Virus record (IMG/VR): IMGVR_UViG_3300003690_003155
Coordinates: 1-64,000 of that record
Direction: 5' to 3' (one strand)
Length of the DNA stretch: 64,000 nucleotides
Source of the DNA: a virus
Positions 9,635 through 18,500 of this stretch are shown piece after piece. The notes beneath the pieces are model-generated. The model had not been told where the DNA came from. It did not search any database and was given only the letters and a program-made list of their open reading frames with translations. Each line of letters begins with the position of its first letter. Within the stretch, counting starts at the first letter, position 1. The translations under genes were made by a program, and so were the position numbers.

Positions 9635-9705
9635 AAAGTAAAGTGAAAGTAAAGTGAAAGTAAAGTGAAATAACTGTTGACTTTTTCCGTATCTGGAGCT
9701 ATAAT
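9635..9705 (+). promoter_or_regulatory. near-consensus sigma70 promoter with three upstream 11-bp repeats
   Basis: (AAAGTAAAGTG)x3 at 9635-9667; TTGACT(9677)-17 nt-TATAAT(9700). Confidence 0.8.
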
Positions 9706-9772
9706 ATATATTCTGTTTTAGTAAAAGACAGATTAAAAAGTGAAAAATAGTAATAATAATAAAAATAATAAT

Positions 9773-9961
9773 ATGATTAAGATATTAGATAAGAATGGAT
9801 TGGAGATTGAAGTTGGTCAAATTGTTAAGATTAAAGGTAATGATGTTGAAGATTGTGTAGTGTGTGGGTTTGATAATGGTAGAGTAGATGTTATAGAGTT
9901 AGGTGAAGGGTTTGTTATAGATGGTAAAGAGATAGAAGTTGTTAGTGAATTGAATGGTTAA
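9773..9961 (+). CDS. cytosine-depleted small protein, predicted SH3-like beta barrel
   Basis: ATG after taataaaaataataat; only one C in the gene; no Ala, Pro, Thr or His. Confidence 0.7.
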   Translation: MIKILDKNGLEIEVGQIVKIKGNDVEDCVVCGFDNGRVDVIELGEGFVIDGKEIEVVSELNG

Positions 9962-9974
9962 TAAAAATAATAAT

Positions 9975-10319
9975 ATGAAAAAGATAATTAAAGATAGTAT
10001 GAGAGATAGTAATAAGAATTATATATTAGTTTGGTTAGGTGTTGATAATGGTAAGAGTGAAGTTATAAAAGGTGATTTAGATTTATGGATTGGAGGTACT
10101 GAAGTTATAGAAGGGAGTAATAAAGTATGGATGGGTGAAGAGTATATGGTTGTAGAAGTAGAGGTGAGTATGTTAGGTAAAAAGGTAGAGGTGTTAGATG
10201 ATGAAGGTAAGGTTATAGAAGATGGTATATGTATAGGTGTTGATGAGGATGAAGTATTGTTATATGATAGAGGTGAAGGGTTTAGTTGTGATATAAAGAA
10301 TAGTAGAGTAGTTTGGTAG
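9975..10319 (+). CDS. cytosine-depleted two-domain small protein
   Basis: same taataaaaataataat leader; only one C in the gene; no Ala, Pro, His or Gln. Confidence 0.7.
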   Translation: MKKIIKDSMRDSNKNYILVWLGVDNGKSEVIKGDLDLWIGGTEVIEGSNKVWMGEEYMVVEVEVSMLGKKVEVLDDEGKVIEDGICIGVDEDEVLLYDRGEGFSCDIKNSRVVW

Positions 10320-10338
10320 TATAAAAGAAAGATATAAT

Positions 10339-10497
10339 ATGAATAAGAAATATAAAATAGTATATAAGAGTGAGTATACTTTTACTGAAGAGGAAGTAAA
10401 AGGATTAGATAATATAGATAATGTTATACAAGAATGTATTGATCAAGATAGTAGTGAACATTCTGATAAGTCTAATTGGGAGGTAGTAGAAGTATAG
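10339..10497 (+). CDS. 52-aa C-poor acidic protein (not in ORF track)
   Basis: MNKKYKIVYKSEYTFTEEEVKGLDNIDNVIQECIDQDSSEHSDKSNWEVVEV*. Confidence 0.6.
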   Translation: MNKKYKIVYKSEYTFTEEEVKGLDNIDNVIQECIDQDSSEHSDKSNWEVVEV

Positions 10498-10511
10498 TAT
10501 AACTTTTATAT

Positions 10512-10560
10512 AGAGTAGGTGAGGCTATATAGACATCCTATATAGTCTCTCTTCCTCTCT
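10512..10560 (+). terminator. long hairpin closing the C-less operon
   Basis: gaggctatatag-acatc-ctatatagtctc stem, extended by agagtagg/cctctct. Confidence 0.55.
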
Positions 10561-10680
10561 ATAGTACTTAAGTACGAGAATCCGGATTATATAGAGGTTT
10601 CATGGACCCCGGTTCTGAGGGCATGCAAAACTTTTTTTCGCGAATTTTTTTTCATTAGAATTATAAGATAAATATTGTAT

Positions 10681-11535
10681 ATGGATTGGACACCTGGAGA
10701 TTCGAATCACCCTTTAATGGAGAAAAGGAAATTACGAAAATTATTAGGATTTGAACATAAACATGGTCCTCATATTCCCGATGACGATATACAAGCAATC
10801 ATCAACAATCAGCATCACCAATCCCATCGTGCATTATTAACGCCGGATCCGGGAGGTGGATGGTCTATCCAAAAAGTATATTTTAATAAGCGTATTAATA
10901 CGATGGATAGGCGTAGATTCGAAAACGAAATAAGAATGTTAACTGAATTAGAGGAGAATTTTACAAATACACCTAAACTCGATTATTATCCATTTCCAAA
11001 GATATTATCAATTGATCATAAAAAATGTTTAACGACGATGACTTACTGTGGTCCTTGTTTAAATAAAACACATGGCTCAGAAGCAGCACACAATTGGGCA
11101 AAAGACAAGCCGAATACTATAGTTAACGAAGTAAATGATATAATAGAATGTATTATTAATAATTTAACAAATAATTTAATTATATATTCCGACATACATC
11201 CTGGAAATATATGTATTAATAATAATAATCTATTCTTAATTGATTTTGACAGTGCTTATTTCTTAAGAAAATCATCACCAGAAGCTACAAGAGAATTTTA
11301 TTCTGATTTTTACGACAAAAAACACATTATGTTAAATGATAGAAACCGTAAAATATCTGTAGAGTCCATGGCTATCTTAATTAATAAACTTGACAGTAAT
11401 GAAGATGTAAATAATGGAACCTGGAGACCGGTTAACTGTTCACATCATAAAGCTCCTAAGCCATTAAAAGCCGGAGCCAACATATGGCATATATTAACTA
11501 TGTTAGAATTGCCAATCTCTCCAGAGACATTATAA
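10681..11535 (+). CDS. protein kinase-like fold protein (RIO/Kdo/APH type)
   Basis: FENEIRML helix, catalytic DIHPGN, IDFD; ATG 10681 lies 6 nt after TAAATA. Confidence 0.7.
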   Translation: MDWTPGDSNHPLMEKRKLRKLLGFEHKHGPHIPDDDIQAIINNQHHQSHRALLTPDPGGGWSIQKVYFNKRINTMDRRRFENEIRMLTELEENFTNTPKLDYYPFPKILSIDHKKCLTTMTYCGPCLNKTHGSEAAHNWAKDKPNTIVNEVNDIIECIINNLTNNLIIYSDIHPGNICINNNNLFLIDFDSAYFLRKSSPEATREFYSDFYDKKHIMLNDRNRKISVESMAILINKLDSNEDVNNGTWRPVNCSHHKAPKPLKAGANIWHILTMLELPISPETL

Positions 11536-11536
11536 T
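11509..11536 (+). promoter_or_regulatory. sigma70-type promoter
   Basis: TTGCCA-16 nt-TATAAT. Confidence 0.6.
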
Positions 11537-11538
11537 AG

Positions 11539-11817
11539 GTGCATATGAAAGATCGATATTACACAGTCGAACATTTCTGTCAAGGTCATCGGACACCGCC
11601 ACGGTGTCGTGCTCTCACTGGGGTCGATTATCCAGTAATAACAAAGACTGAGACTAGATTTCATGCAAAAGAGTATGGTGATAAAACATTATCATTAGCG
11701 ATAGAGAAAGCTAAACAAAATCATACTAATGTATTTGATAACAATGGAAATGATATCTGGAACTGGGACGACTGGATAATTTCATTAGCTTGTAGCCCTA
11801 AACATAAATTGGCATAA
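11539..11817 (+). CDS. hypothetical protein
   Basis: ORF; ATG 11545 is an alternative start. Confidence 0.6.
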   Translation: MHMKDRYYTVEHFCQGHRTPPRCRALTGVDYPVITKTETRFHAKEYGDKTLSLAIEKAKQNHTNVFDNNGNDIWNWDDWIISLACSPKHKLA

Positions 11818-11825
11818 ATTATTAT

Positions 11826-12107
11826 ATGCTTCGAGGGATAATAAAGAATTACGATAAAAGTCCTGATACATTACCATTACAAGCTTTTCATATTAAGCTT
11901 ACACAAAGAGATCTAGATGAAATACATCATCTAGTTAAAAGAGGTTATGCAGGGTTAACATTAGCATGGAAGCCAGCAATGATTGCTGTAACTAAAATCT
12001 TAGATCAAATTAGTGAGCAAGATGAAGAATTCGCTAAATTAGATAATTATGATAGTGATGGAACAAGATACCCGGCTCATGCACCAGAACATGAAGAACT
12101 AGATTAA
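11826..12107 (+). CDS. hypothetical protein
   Basis: ORF within an operon. Confidence 0.6.
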   Translation: MLRGIIKNYDKSPDTLPLQAFHIKLTQRDLDEIHHLVKRGYAGLTLAWKPAMIAVTKILDQISEQDEEFAKLDNYDSDGTRYPAHAPEHEELD

Positions 12108-12454
12108 TGAAATCATATATAGTAGAATTCACACATAGAGTAAGTGGGAATACCTTTATTAAATTCGGACATACAAAGTATTCTGATGTAATGAAGAGGT
12201 TTGAGTTTAATCCAGAGCAATATCAAGACTATGTAATACAAGTGTTAGCTAGTATGAGACACATTACAATAGAGCAGGCAGCTACCGTAGAATCTGATTT
12301 CCTCAAAAAGTATCCTAAAAACCTGTCTCTCCCTAGATATTTCTCAGGTATTACAGAGATATACAAACCCGAGGACAAACAGGAGAGAGCTAAGATACTA
12401 CGTGAGTTTTATACATTAAAAGAAGAACATGAGTATGATTTTAATGCACGGTGA
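12107..12454 (+). CDS. hypothetical protein, GIY-YIG/T5orf172-like
   Basis: YIVEF...FIKFGHT...KRF...E...FSGITE pattern. Confidence 0.45.
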   Translation: MKSYIVEFTHRVSGNTFIKFGHTKYSDVMKRFEFNPEQYQDYVIQVLASMRHITIEQAATVESDFLKKYPKNLSLPRYFSGITEIYKPEDKQERAKILREFYTLKEEHEYDFNAR

Positions 12455-12521
12455 CCGAGCAAGCGAACGGCGTGGTCTGCAAAACCATCGTGGCAGGGAG
12501 CGTTACCCTGACCGTGCTCCA
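12446..12521 (+). tRNA. tRNA-Cys(GCA), atypical
   Basis: acceptor GCACGGT/ACCGTGC, U73 and encoded CCA; anticodon arm GTGGT-CTGCAAA-ACCAT; T stem CAGGG/CCCTG. Confidence 0.8.
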
Positions 12522-12529
12522 ATTTACAT

Positions 12530-12691
12530 ATGAAAGATAGAGATAAAGTAACATCAGATATAATAAACGATGCTACACAAACTCGATTTTTTCCGAGTGG
12601 ACCGGATCAGCCGGAAGTTCAAAAATTAAGCCGGAGGAACATTTTACCTTTTCTATGGAAAAAAATAAAGGACATGATAAAGAGATTATGA
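12530..12691 (+). CDS. 53-aa hypothetical protein (not in ORF track)
   Basis: MKDRDKVTSD...IKRL*; its stop overlaps ATG 12688 (ATGA coupling). Confidence 0.4.
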   Translation: MKDRDKVTSDIINDATQTRFFPSGPDQPEVQKLSRRNILPFLWKKIKDMIKRL

Positions 12692-13458
12692 CGACAAGTG
12701 AAGAACGTGGCGCACCATATAATGGACAGGCTGAACAAGATAAATTTGTTTTAAAATCTTTAAAGTTTAAGAAAAATGGAACCTTTGTTGAGATTGGTTC
12801 TAATCATCCACAAAAGATTAATAATACCTATCCGCTCGAAATACAGTATAATTGGACTGGTATTATGATAGAGTATCAAGAGAAATTTTTAGATCGTTAT
12901 AAAAGACTACGACCAAATAGTCATCATGTTATCGCAGATGCTAGAAACATAGAGTATCTTGAATTATTTGAGCAATGTAATATGCCATTTAATATAGACT
13001 ATTTGCAAATAGATATTGATGCAGAAAACTATTCTACTTTAAATACATTAGAGCAATTAGATAAAACAGTGTTAGATAAGTATAAATTTGCTACAGTAAC
13101 ATATGAACATGATATTTATAGGTCAATCAAGCGTGTCCGAAATAAAATATTGTCTCGAGACCGTGTAGAGGATAATCGTGAAGAGCTACGCGTTTCAACA
13201 ATTCTAACTCCAAATGCAGATGTTTTTAGAACCACAAGAAGAATATCAAGAGAGATATTTGAAAAAAGAGGATATAAACTAGTTTTTAGTGATGTTAAAA
13301 ATGGTAATTGTCCTTATGAGGATTGGTACGCTCATCCGGAGCTAGTTGATATAGAATATATCACTGGACTACAAGCGATGAATAAAAATACATATATATT
13401 AGATTTTTCATGTGACGAGGCAATACCTTGGAGACATATACAATATCCCAAAGATTAA
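12655..13458 (+). CDS. FkbM-family SAM methyltransferase
   Basis: QAEQDKFV...NGTFVEIGS...NWTGIMIE...IDYLQID...EDWY; start may be 12688. Confidence 0.8.
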   Translation: MEKNKGHDKEIMTTSEERGAPYNGQAEQDKFVLKSLKFKKNGTFVEIGSNHPQKINNTYPLEIQYNWTGIMIEYQEKFLDRYKRLRPNSHHVIADARNIEYLELFEQCNMPFNIDYLQIDIDAENYSTLNTLEQLDKTVLDKYKFATVTYEHDIYRSIKRVRNKILSRDRVEDNREELRVSTILTPNADVFRTTRRISREIFEKRGYKLVFSDVKNGNCPYEDWYAHPELVDIEYITGLQAMNKNTYILDFSCDEAIPWRHIQYPKD

Positions 13459-13462
13459 AGGC

Positions 13463-13490
13463 TTGACTGTCTGGAATAAATAACTATAAT
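13463..13490 (+). promoter_or_regulatory. sigma70-type promoter
   Basis: TTGACT-16 nt-TATAAT; ATG 6 nt downstream. Confidence 0.7.
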
Positions 13491-13496
13491 TAAGTC

Positions 13497-13628
13497 ATGA
13501 GAAGGCCAACAAAAATTCGGCGTCGAGTCAAGTTTAATACTGGGACTCGAGTTCATCGCCCGAAAAAAGGAGCTGGATCATATATCCGAAAAAAAAGAAG
13601 TTGCAATAGTAACAGGGACAGTCTATAA
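13497..13628 (+). CDS. ArfA-like (alternative ribosome rescue factor A) 43-aa protein (not in ORF track)
   Basis: MRRPTKIRRRVKFNTGTRVHRPKKGAGSYIRKKRSCNSNRDSL; matches the ArfA KKGKGSYxRK motif. Confidence 0.6.
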   Translation: MRRPTKIRRRVKFNTGTRVHRPKKGAGSYIRKKRSCNSNRDSL

Positions 13629-13629
13629 T
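13601..13629 (+). promoter_or_regulatory. sigma70-type promoter
   Basis: TTGCAA-17 nt-TATAAT. Confidence 0.6.
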
Positions 13630-13638
13630 AATGGTGTT

Positions 13639-14670
13639 ATGAGAATTAACGATAGGAACGTAGCCTTACAGGACATAAACGAACATTCGGCCATTGCGGT
13701 TGAGGGTGTTCAGAACATATCGAAGAAGTCTGATCTTTATGATAAATTGGGATTAGATTTTGAGGTAGAAGCGGTAAATCTCGGGTCACTGACCGGAGAT
13801 GATAGTTATGATAGGTTTTACGGATTGCGTAATAATAAATCCGGAAACGTATATACAGTTGTTGGTCGTAAGTACACACCAATTCAGAATCATGAGCTCA
13901 TTGATACATTCGATGAAGTTCGCGAAATGTACGGTGGTAAATACAAAGCGGCCGGCGTGATGCGCGGGGGTAGTCGTATTTGGGTTCAGGCAGAGCTTCC
14001 TAAGAAGTATTCGTTTGATATTCCTAATCGGAAAGGTGATACAATTAATTCTATAATCACTATGTTGATCGGTCATGATGGAATTATTTCCAATTGTATT
14101 TTCCCGACATCGAGCCGAGTTGCATGTAACAATCAGTTTGTTGCAATGACTCGTGAATCTACTCGGGAATATCGAATTCAGCATTATTCGAATTATTCGG
14201 ATAGGCTAGATATTGTTAAGTCTGTTTTTGCTAAGAACATTAATAGTCTTAAGGACATGTATAAAGGGTTTGCTAATCTTGATAGTCAGGCGATGTCTAA
14301 GACTGAGCTCTATAATTTCTTGAGCGAGGTGTATCCAATGAAGGATGAGGATGACGAGCGGACAGTTGGTCTGCACAATGATGTAGCTGCCTTGTTTAGC
14401 CGGGGTGCTGGTAACCTTGGGAAGTCCCGTTGGGATGCATTTAATGCAGTGACTGAGTTTGTTGATCATCATCAACATGCGACTCGGATGGCTAATGCCA
14501 TTGAGAATAAAAATTATACTTATATCCAGAATCGGATTGGTAGTTTGAGTACTCCAGGTGGTTCGATGGACCGGTTTAAGCGCCGGGCGTTGAATTTATT
14601 GGTTGAGGGAGATTTTAGAACCGTCTCTCCAGTCCGCGCCAAGAACACTGAAATTACACTTACCGTCTAA
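13639..14670 (+). CDS. DUF932/DUF945 phage-plasmid family protein
   Basis: VGRKYTPIQN, GGSRIWV, GHDG, RVACNN and WDAFNAVTEFVDH motifs. Confidence 0.85.
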   Translation: MRINDRNVALQDINEHSAIAVEGVQNISKKSDLYDKLGLDFEVEAVNLGSLTGDDSYDRFYGLRNNKSGNVYTVVGRKYTPIQNHELIDTFDEVREMYGGKYKAAGVMRGGSRIWVQAELPKKYSFDIPNRKGDTINSIITMLIGHDGIISNCIFPTSSRVACNNQFVAMTRESTREYRIQHYSNYSDRLDIVKSVFAKNINSLKDMYKGFANLDSQAMSKTELYNFLSEVYPMKDEDDERTVGLHNDVAALFSRGAGNLGKSRWDAFNAVTEFVDHHQHATRMANAIENKNYTYIQNRIGSLSTPGGSMDRFKRRALNLLVEGDFRTVSPVRAKNTEITLTV

Positions 14671-14687
14671 GTAAATCACAACAACAT

Positions 14688-14717
14688 TAGGGTCCCCGGG
14701 AAACCGGGGAATCCCTA
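14688..14717 (+). terminator. GC-rich hairpin after the DUF932 gene
   Basis: agggtccccgg-gaaa-ccggggaatccct. Confidence 0.5.
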
Positions 14718-14819
14718 TCACCAAATGTTGTATAGTTTATGTTTTTTAATAGGAGAGAGCCTTTGGGAAACGCCGGATTTAAGTGATTTGTATTATGACC
14801 GGGCCGACTAAATAATTAT

Positions 14820-15311
14820 ATGATTACGATTGATTTAAAGGCCAAACCACGAGTCAAACGTTGGTTAAAAGAAAACAAAATCAATTTTAAGACGCTACAA
14901 ACCACTGCCAACATCTTTTTTAATCAAATTCAAAAGCGTAGTAAGATTCACAAACATTATAATTTAGAAATTAAGATATGTGCACAGAGTAGCAGTGGAT
15001 ATTATTTCGGTTTTGACGAGCTTCACGTAACACAAAAGTTAGATCAGAATGGCTGGAGCTGTGATAAGAAGTTTGACACATTTGCTGCTCATTTTCTTCA
15101 TGAATTTAGACATTGGATACAAGACAATATGCTTCATGTTTCTGAGCATCGGTTAAATTATACTGATCAAGACTGTGAAAAAGAGAATGATAAATATTAT
15201 TACAACAAATGGGAGGTCGATGCTCGGAAATTTGAACGAAAATACAAGAGAGAATTTATACAATTATATTATCTCCTAGATGAGCTCTCCAGCAAAAAAC
15301 TTTTTTATTAA
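14820..15311 (+). CDS. HExxH zincin-like protein
   Basis: FLHEFRHWIQ...YYYNKWEVDAR; TAAATA 5 nt upstream. Confidence 0.6.
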   Translation: MITIDLKAKPRVKRWLKENKINFKTLQTTANIFFNQIQKRSKIHKHYNLEIKICAQSSSGYYFGFDELHVTQKLDQNGWSCDKKFDTFAAHFLHEFRHWIQDNMLHVSEHRLNYTDQDCEKENDKYYYNKWEVDARKFERKYKREFIQLYYLLDELSSKKLFY

Positions 15312-15315
15312 TATT

Positions 15316-15531
15316 ATGCAAAACATATCAGAGTTCGAACGTACAAAGCCAACACAAGCATATGCTGCTATCGATAGCGCAATTGCTAAGTACCGTCAAA
15401 TAGTTAATGAGCATACTTACGACGGTCGCCAATTACTCATGGAGAGTGGTGATGCGCAACGCGCTTCATTAGCACAGCAAATTGTTAGTGACCTTGAGAA
15501 TATAAAGAGAGTGTTTCTTACTGGAGTTTAA
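15316..15531 (+). CDS. hypothetical protein
   Basis: ORF; ATG 15316 follows the upstream stop. Confidence 0.55.
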   Translation: MQNISEFERTKPTQAYAAIDSAIAKYRQIVNEHTYDGRQLLMESGDAQRASLAQQIVSDLENIKRVFLTGV

Positions 15532-18500
15532 GTTATAACGACATTTTTAATTTCATCGTAGTAAGGAGTTATTTTCTCTATCTCCTTTTCTATTCTTGCT
15601 TTAAGTTTATCCTTGAGTTTAGGATCTTTAATTCCGACATTTTTGATTTCAACTTGATACTTATTGCTTAATTTTTCAGGATAATTAAACTTCATTAATT
15701 TATCTATAGTATCAATGTACGTACGTTGTCCTATGGGATAGGACCAAATAATACTTTTATCATTTAAATGATAATTATAATGAGCTAACATATCAAAATA
15801 GCTCATTGTTTTATTGTACAATTTAAATGCTTTTATTTTTGCATTCCTGACAAAATATTTTTTAGGTTGTAATAATCTATTTGCTAATGTTAGGTAATAT
15901 GGAGTGCTAACAGCTCCAATGTAACAACCTGTACCTAATACATTATCTAATGCATATTTACCAGCATTAAAGTAAGCTAGTTGAAATAATTTTCCATTTA
16001 CGTATAAACACATAAAACCTTTGCGTAAGGATACATTAATAAAGAAATGGTTATAACCAGGATGTAATTGAGTTACATCGAAACTTATTTCAGTCTTTTT
16101 TCGAGCAAAAGTTCCTGTAGATGAAAATTTAGGTTTAGTTTTTAATAGTACTTTTATTTTATTTTTACTAGCACCTATCTTCTTTAAATAAGAATAAGAT
16201 GTTAATGTTTTAGTTAAACGTAAATCTGCTACATCAACTCCTGGTAATTTTTTACTATGAATTATTTGGAGGTCAAAGTTTATCTTAGTTAATCTAACAC
16301 CGTCTGAATATTCTTGTAATAGAAGTATATATTTTTTATACACACCATCCTCAAAATCATATATTAAATCTATATATGATTGTTCAAAGTTTAAATTTTG
16401 TAAATGGCAAAATTGTCTGGCTCGGAGAAATTTACGATTATTATCTAAAATAGAAATAATATTATTATCTCCTAATACAATTAATTGATCTTCATCGTCA
16501 ATTACAATACCCTGTACTCTAGATTTTTTATCTAGTCCAGATTGGATTCTTTCATCCTGATCAGTTCTTAATCCTTTTTGAATAAAGTTTCTATTTACTC
16601 CAGGGTTAGATGGGTTAAATTGTTTCAAGATAAAGGGTACATCATTACCATCGAATGCAATCTCATTTCCAAATCCATTTATATTATCAGCACTTAATAT
16701 AGTAATATTATTATTTCTGTCAAATATTTTTCCTTTTACTCCTAATGTTGTAGCAGAAGGACTAGAGGTGGTGGTACTAGAGAAGTTAGTATCAGTATTA
16801 TATGTAAAATATTTTTTAGCAGTAACTGGATTAAATAATATATGTATTTTAGATTCACCAACTTCAAAATCATCTATTACAGAATTCTCTGGCGCTGTAT
16901 CTTTTAAATTTTCAATTTTTCCTATTAAATTATTATTGTTATTAAAAACATAGATTACATTATTATCACCTAATACAAAATAGTCTGAAAAAGTATCTCT
17001 TCGACCAATTCCCTTAATACCGATTTCATCTAGTCCATCTTTTAATATTACTTCATCATATATTTCAAAATCATTATTTAAAAATAATAATTTACTCTTA
17101 ACACCGGATTTAGAATTAGCTGTAGGTAATATAATATTTGGTGTTACTAGATCAGTATTAAATACACCAAAGCCATCATCAAAATAATTACCTATAATTT
17201 GATAGCAAAACGGTAGAGTGTAATCATTTGTATCTAACCAAAAATTAACACTAAAATCACCAGAAAAATTTGCATTAAATCTTCCTAAATTCTCTCCATT
17301 CAGTATTAATTCATCATCAATTTTAGATTTATTTGGTATTACAGGTACACCTTTATAATTTAAATATTCCATATCAGAAGCTTCATTATATGGTTCATAT
17401 GCTTCAAATAATTTTTCATAGTCTCTCTCACCTATGTGATAAAAAATATAATCATTGTTAGGTTCAAATGTTAAGCTAGATGAGACGTCAAATGTTTCTG
17501 TTGTTTGTGCACCTGCAGCAGTTACTACTTCATAATATGATGTACCAGATAGAGCAGAACTAAAATCAGATACTAATGGATTATAATATCTATCTACCCA
17601 TTTCTTATCACCATCACTATCACCGGATAACCAACTACATAAATAAATTGGATTTATACCATCACTAAAAGTATTATTTTTTATTACTTCGCGTCGTTTA
17701 AATACTTTATCGGACATCAAAGGATTATCACCAGGTACGGCTCCTAAGTTATCAATTTTTGAATCTGCAATATTAAGAATAGTATATGGTGATAGTGAGT
17801 TAGGGGTAGTAAAATATGTTAACTTACTCGGTTTAAATTCTATATCATATGTACCAATATTATATGATAGTCCTATGTTATCATACCCGCCTATTTGATG
17901 TGATCCTGAATGAATTTTCTCATACACCCTATTTAAATAGGAAGGCTCAGAATTAAAATGATTATTCTCAGTATAATATTCACTTAATGTTGCTTGATTT
18001 TTTAATGGAAAAATATCAGCATGAGATACAATTTTATTATCTAGTTTATTTTGAAAAAAGTTATAGTTATTATTATAAACAAAATAGTTATTACTGATAT
18101 GGTCTACGGTTGTTGAGGTGTTTAAGCTCACCGAATCAGTATTATATGTCGAACTATATTTACTATAACTATTTGGTATATATTTAAAATCTTTAGTTAA
18201 TATTTTTCTGTTAATATCGAAGAAACTATCACTTAAATCTGCTACAGTATTTTGCCATGTACCTGGCGCTTTCATCGTTAGCGTATTAGAATCGTTTATT
18301 AATATATTAGCAGATGGTCCTGCGGTTACAGTTCCTGCTGGCTGATGGATCGCAATTATATCATTATCTAAATAAAATCTAAAATATGATGGACCAGCCG
18401 AAGTCCATCGTGCAGGAGTATCTTGATTATTAGGAGCACTTAGATAATATGTTATACTATTATATTCTTGACTAATACTAATTGTATGTTCACCAGGGTC

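Noticed and set aside
1621-9975. ORF-track starts at 1621, 3059, 7071, 9037, 9740 and 9954
   Set aside because: They overlap upstream genes or precede the repeated leader. Downstream ATGs (1681, 3200, 7140, 9109, 9773, 9975) fit the shared leaders and promoter spacing better.
9730-10497. C-less tract as low-complexity junk, DGR target or deamination scar
   Set aside because: The ORFs are intact, with promoter, leaders and terminator. No reverse transcriptase or template repeat is in the window. Random C-to-T damage would be expected to create stop codons. An artefact cannot be fully excluded without reads.
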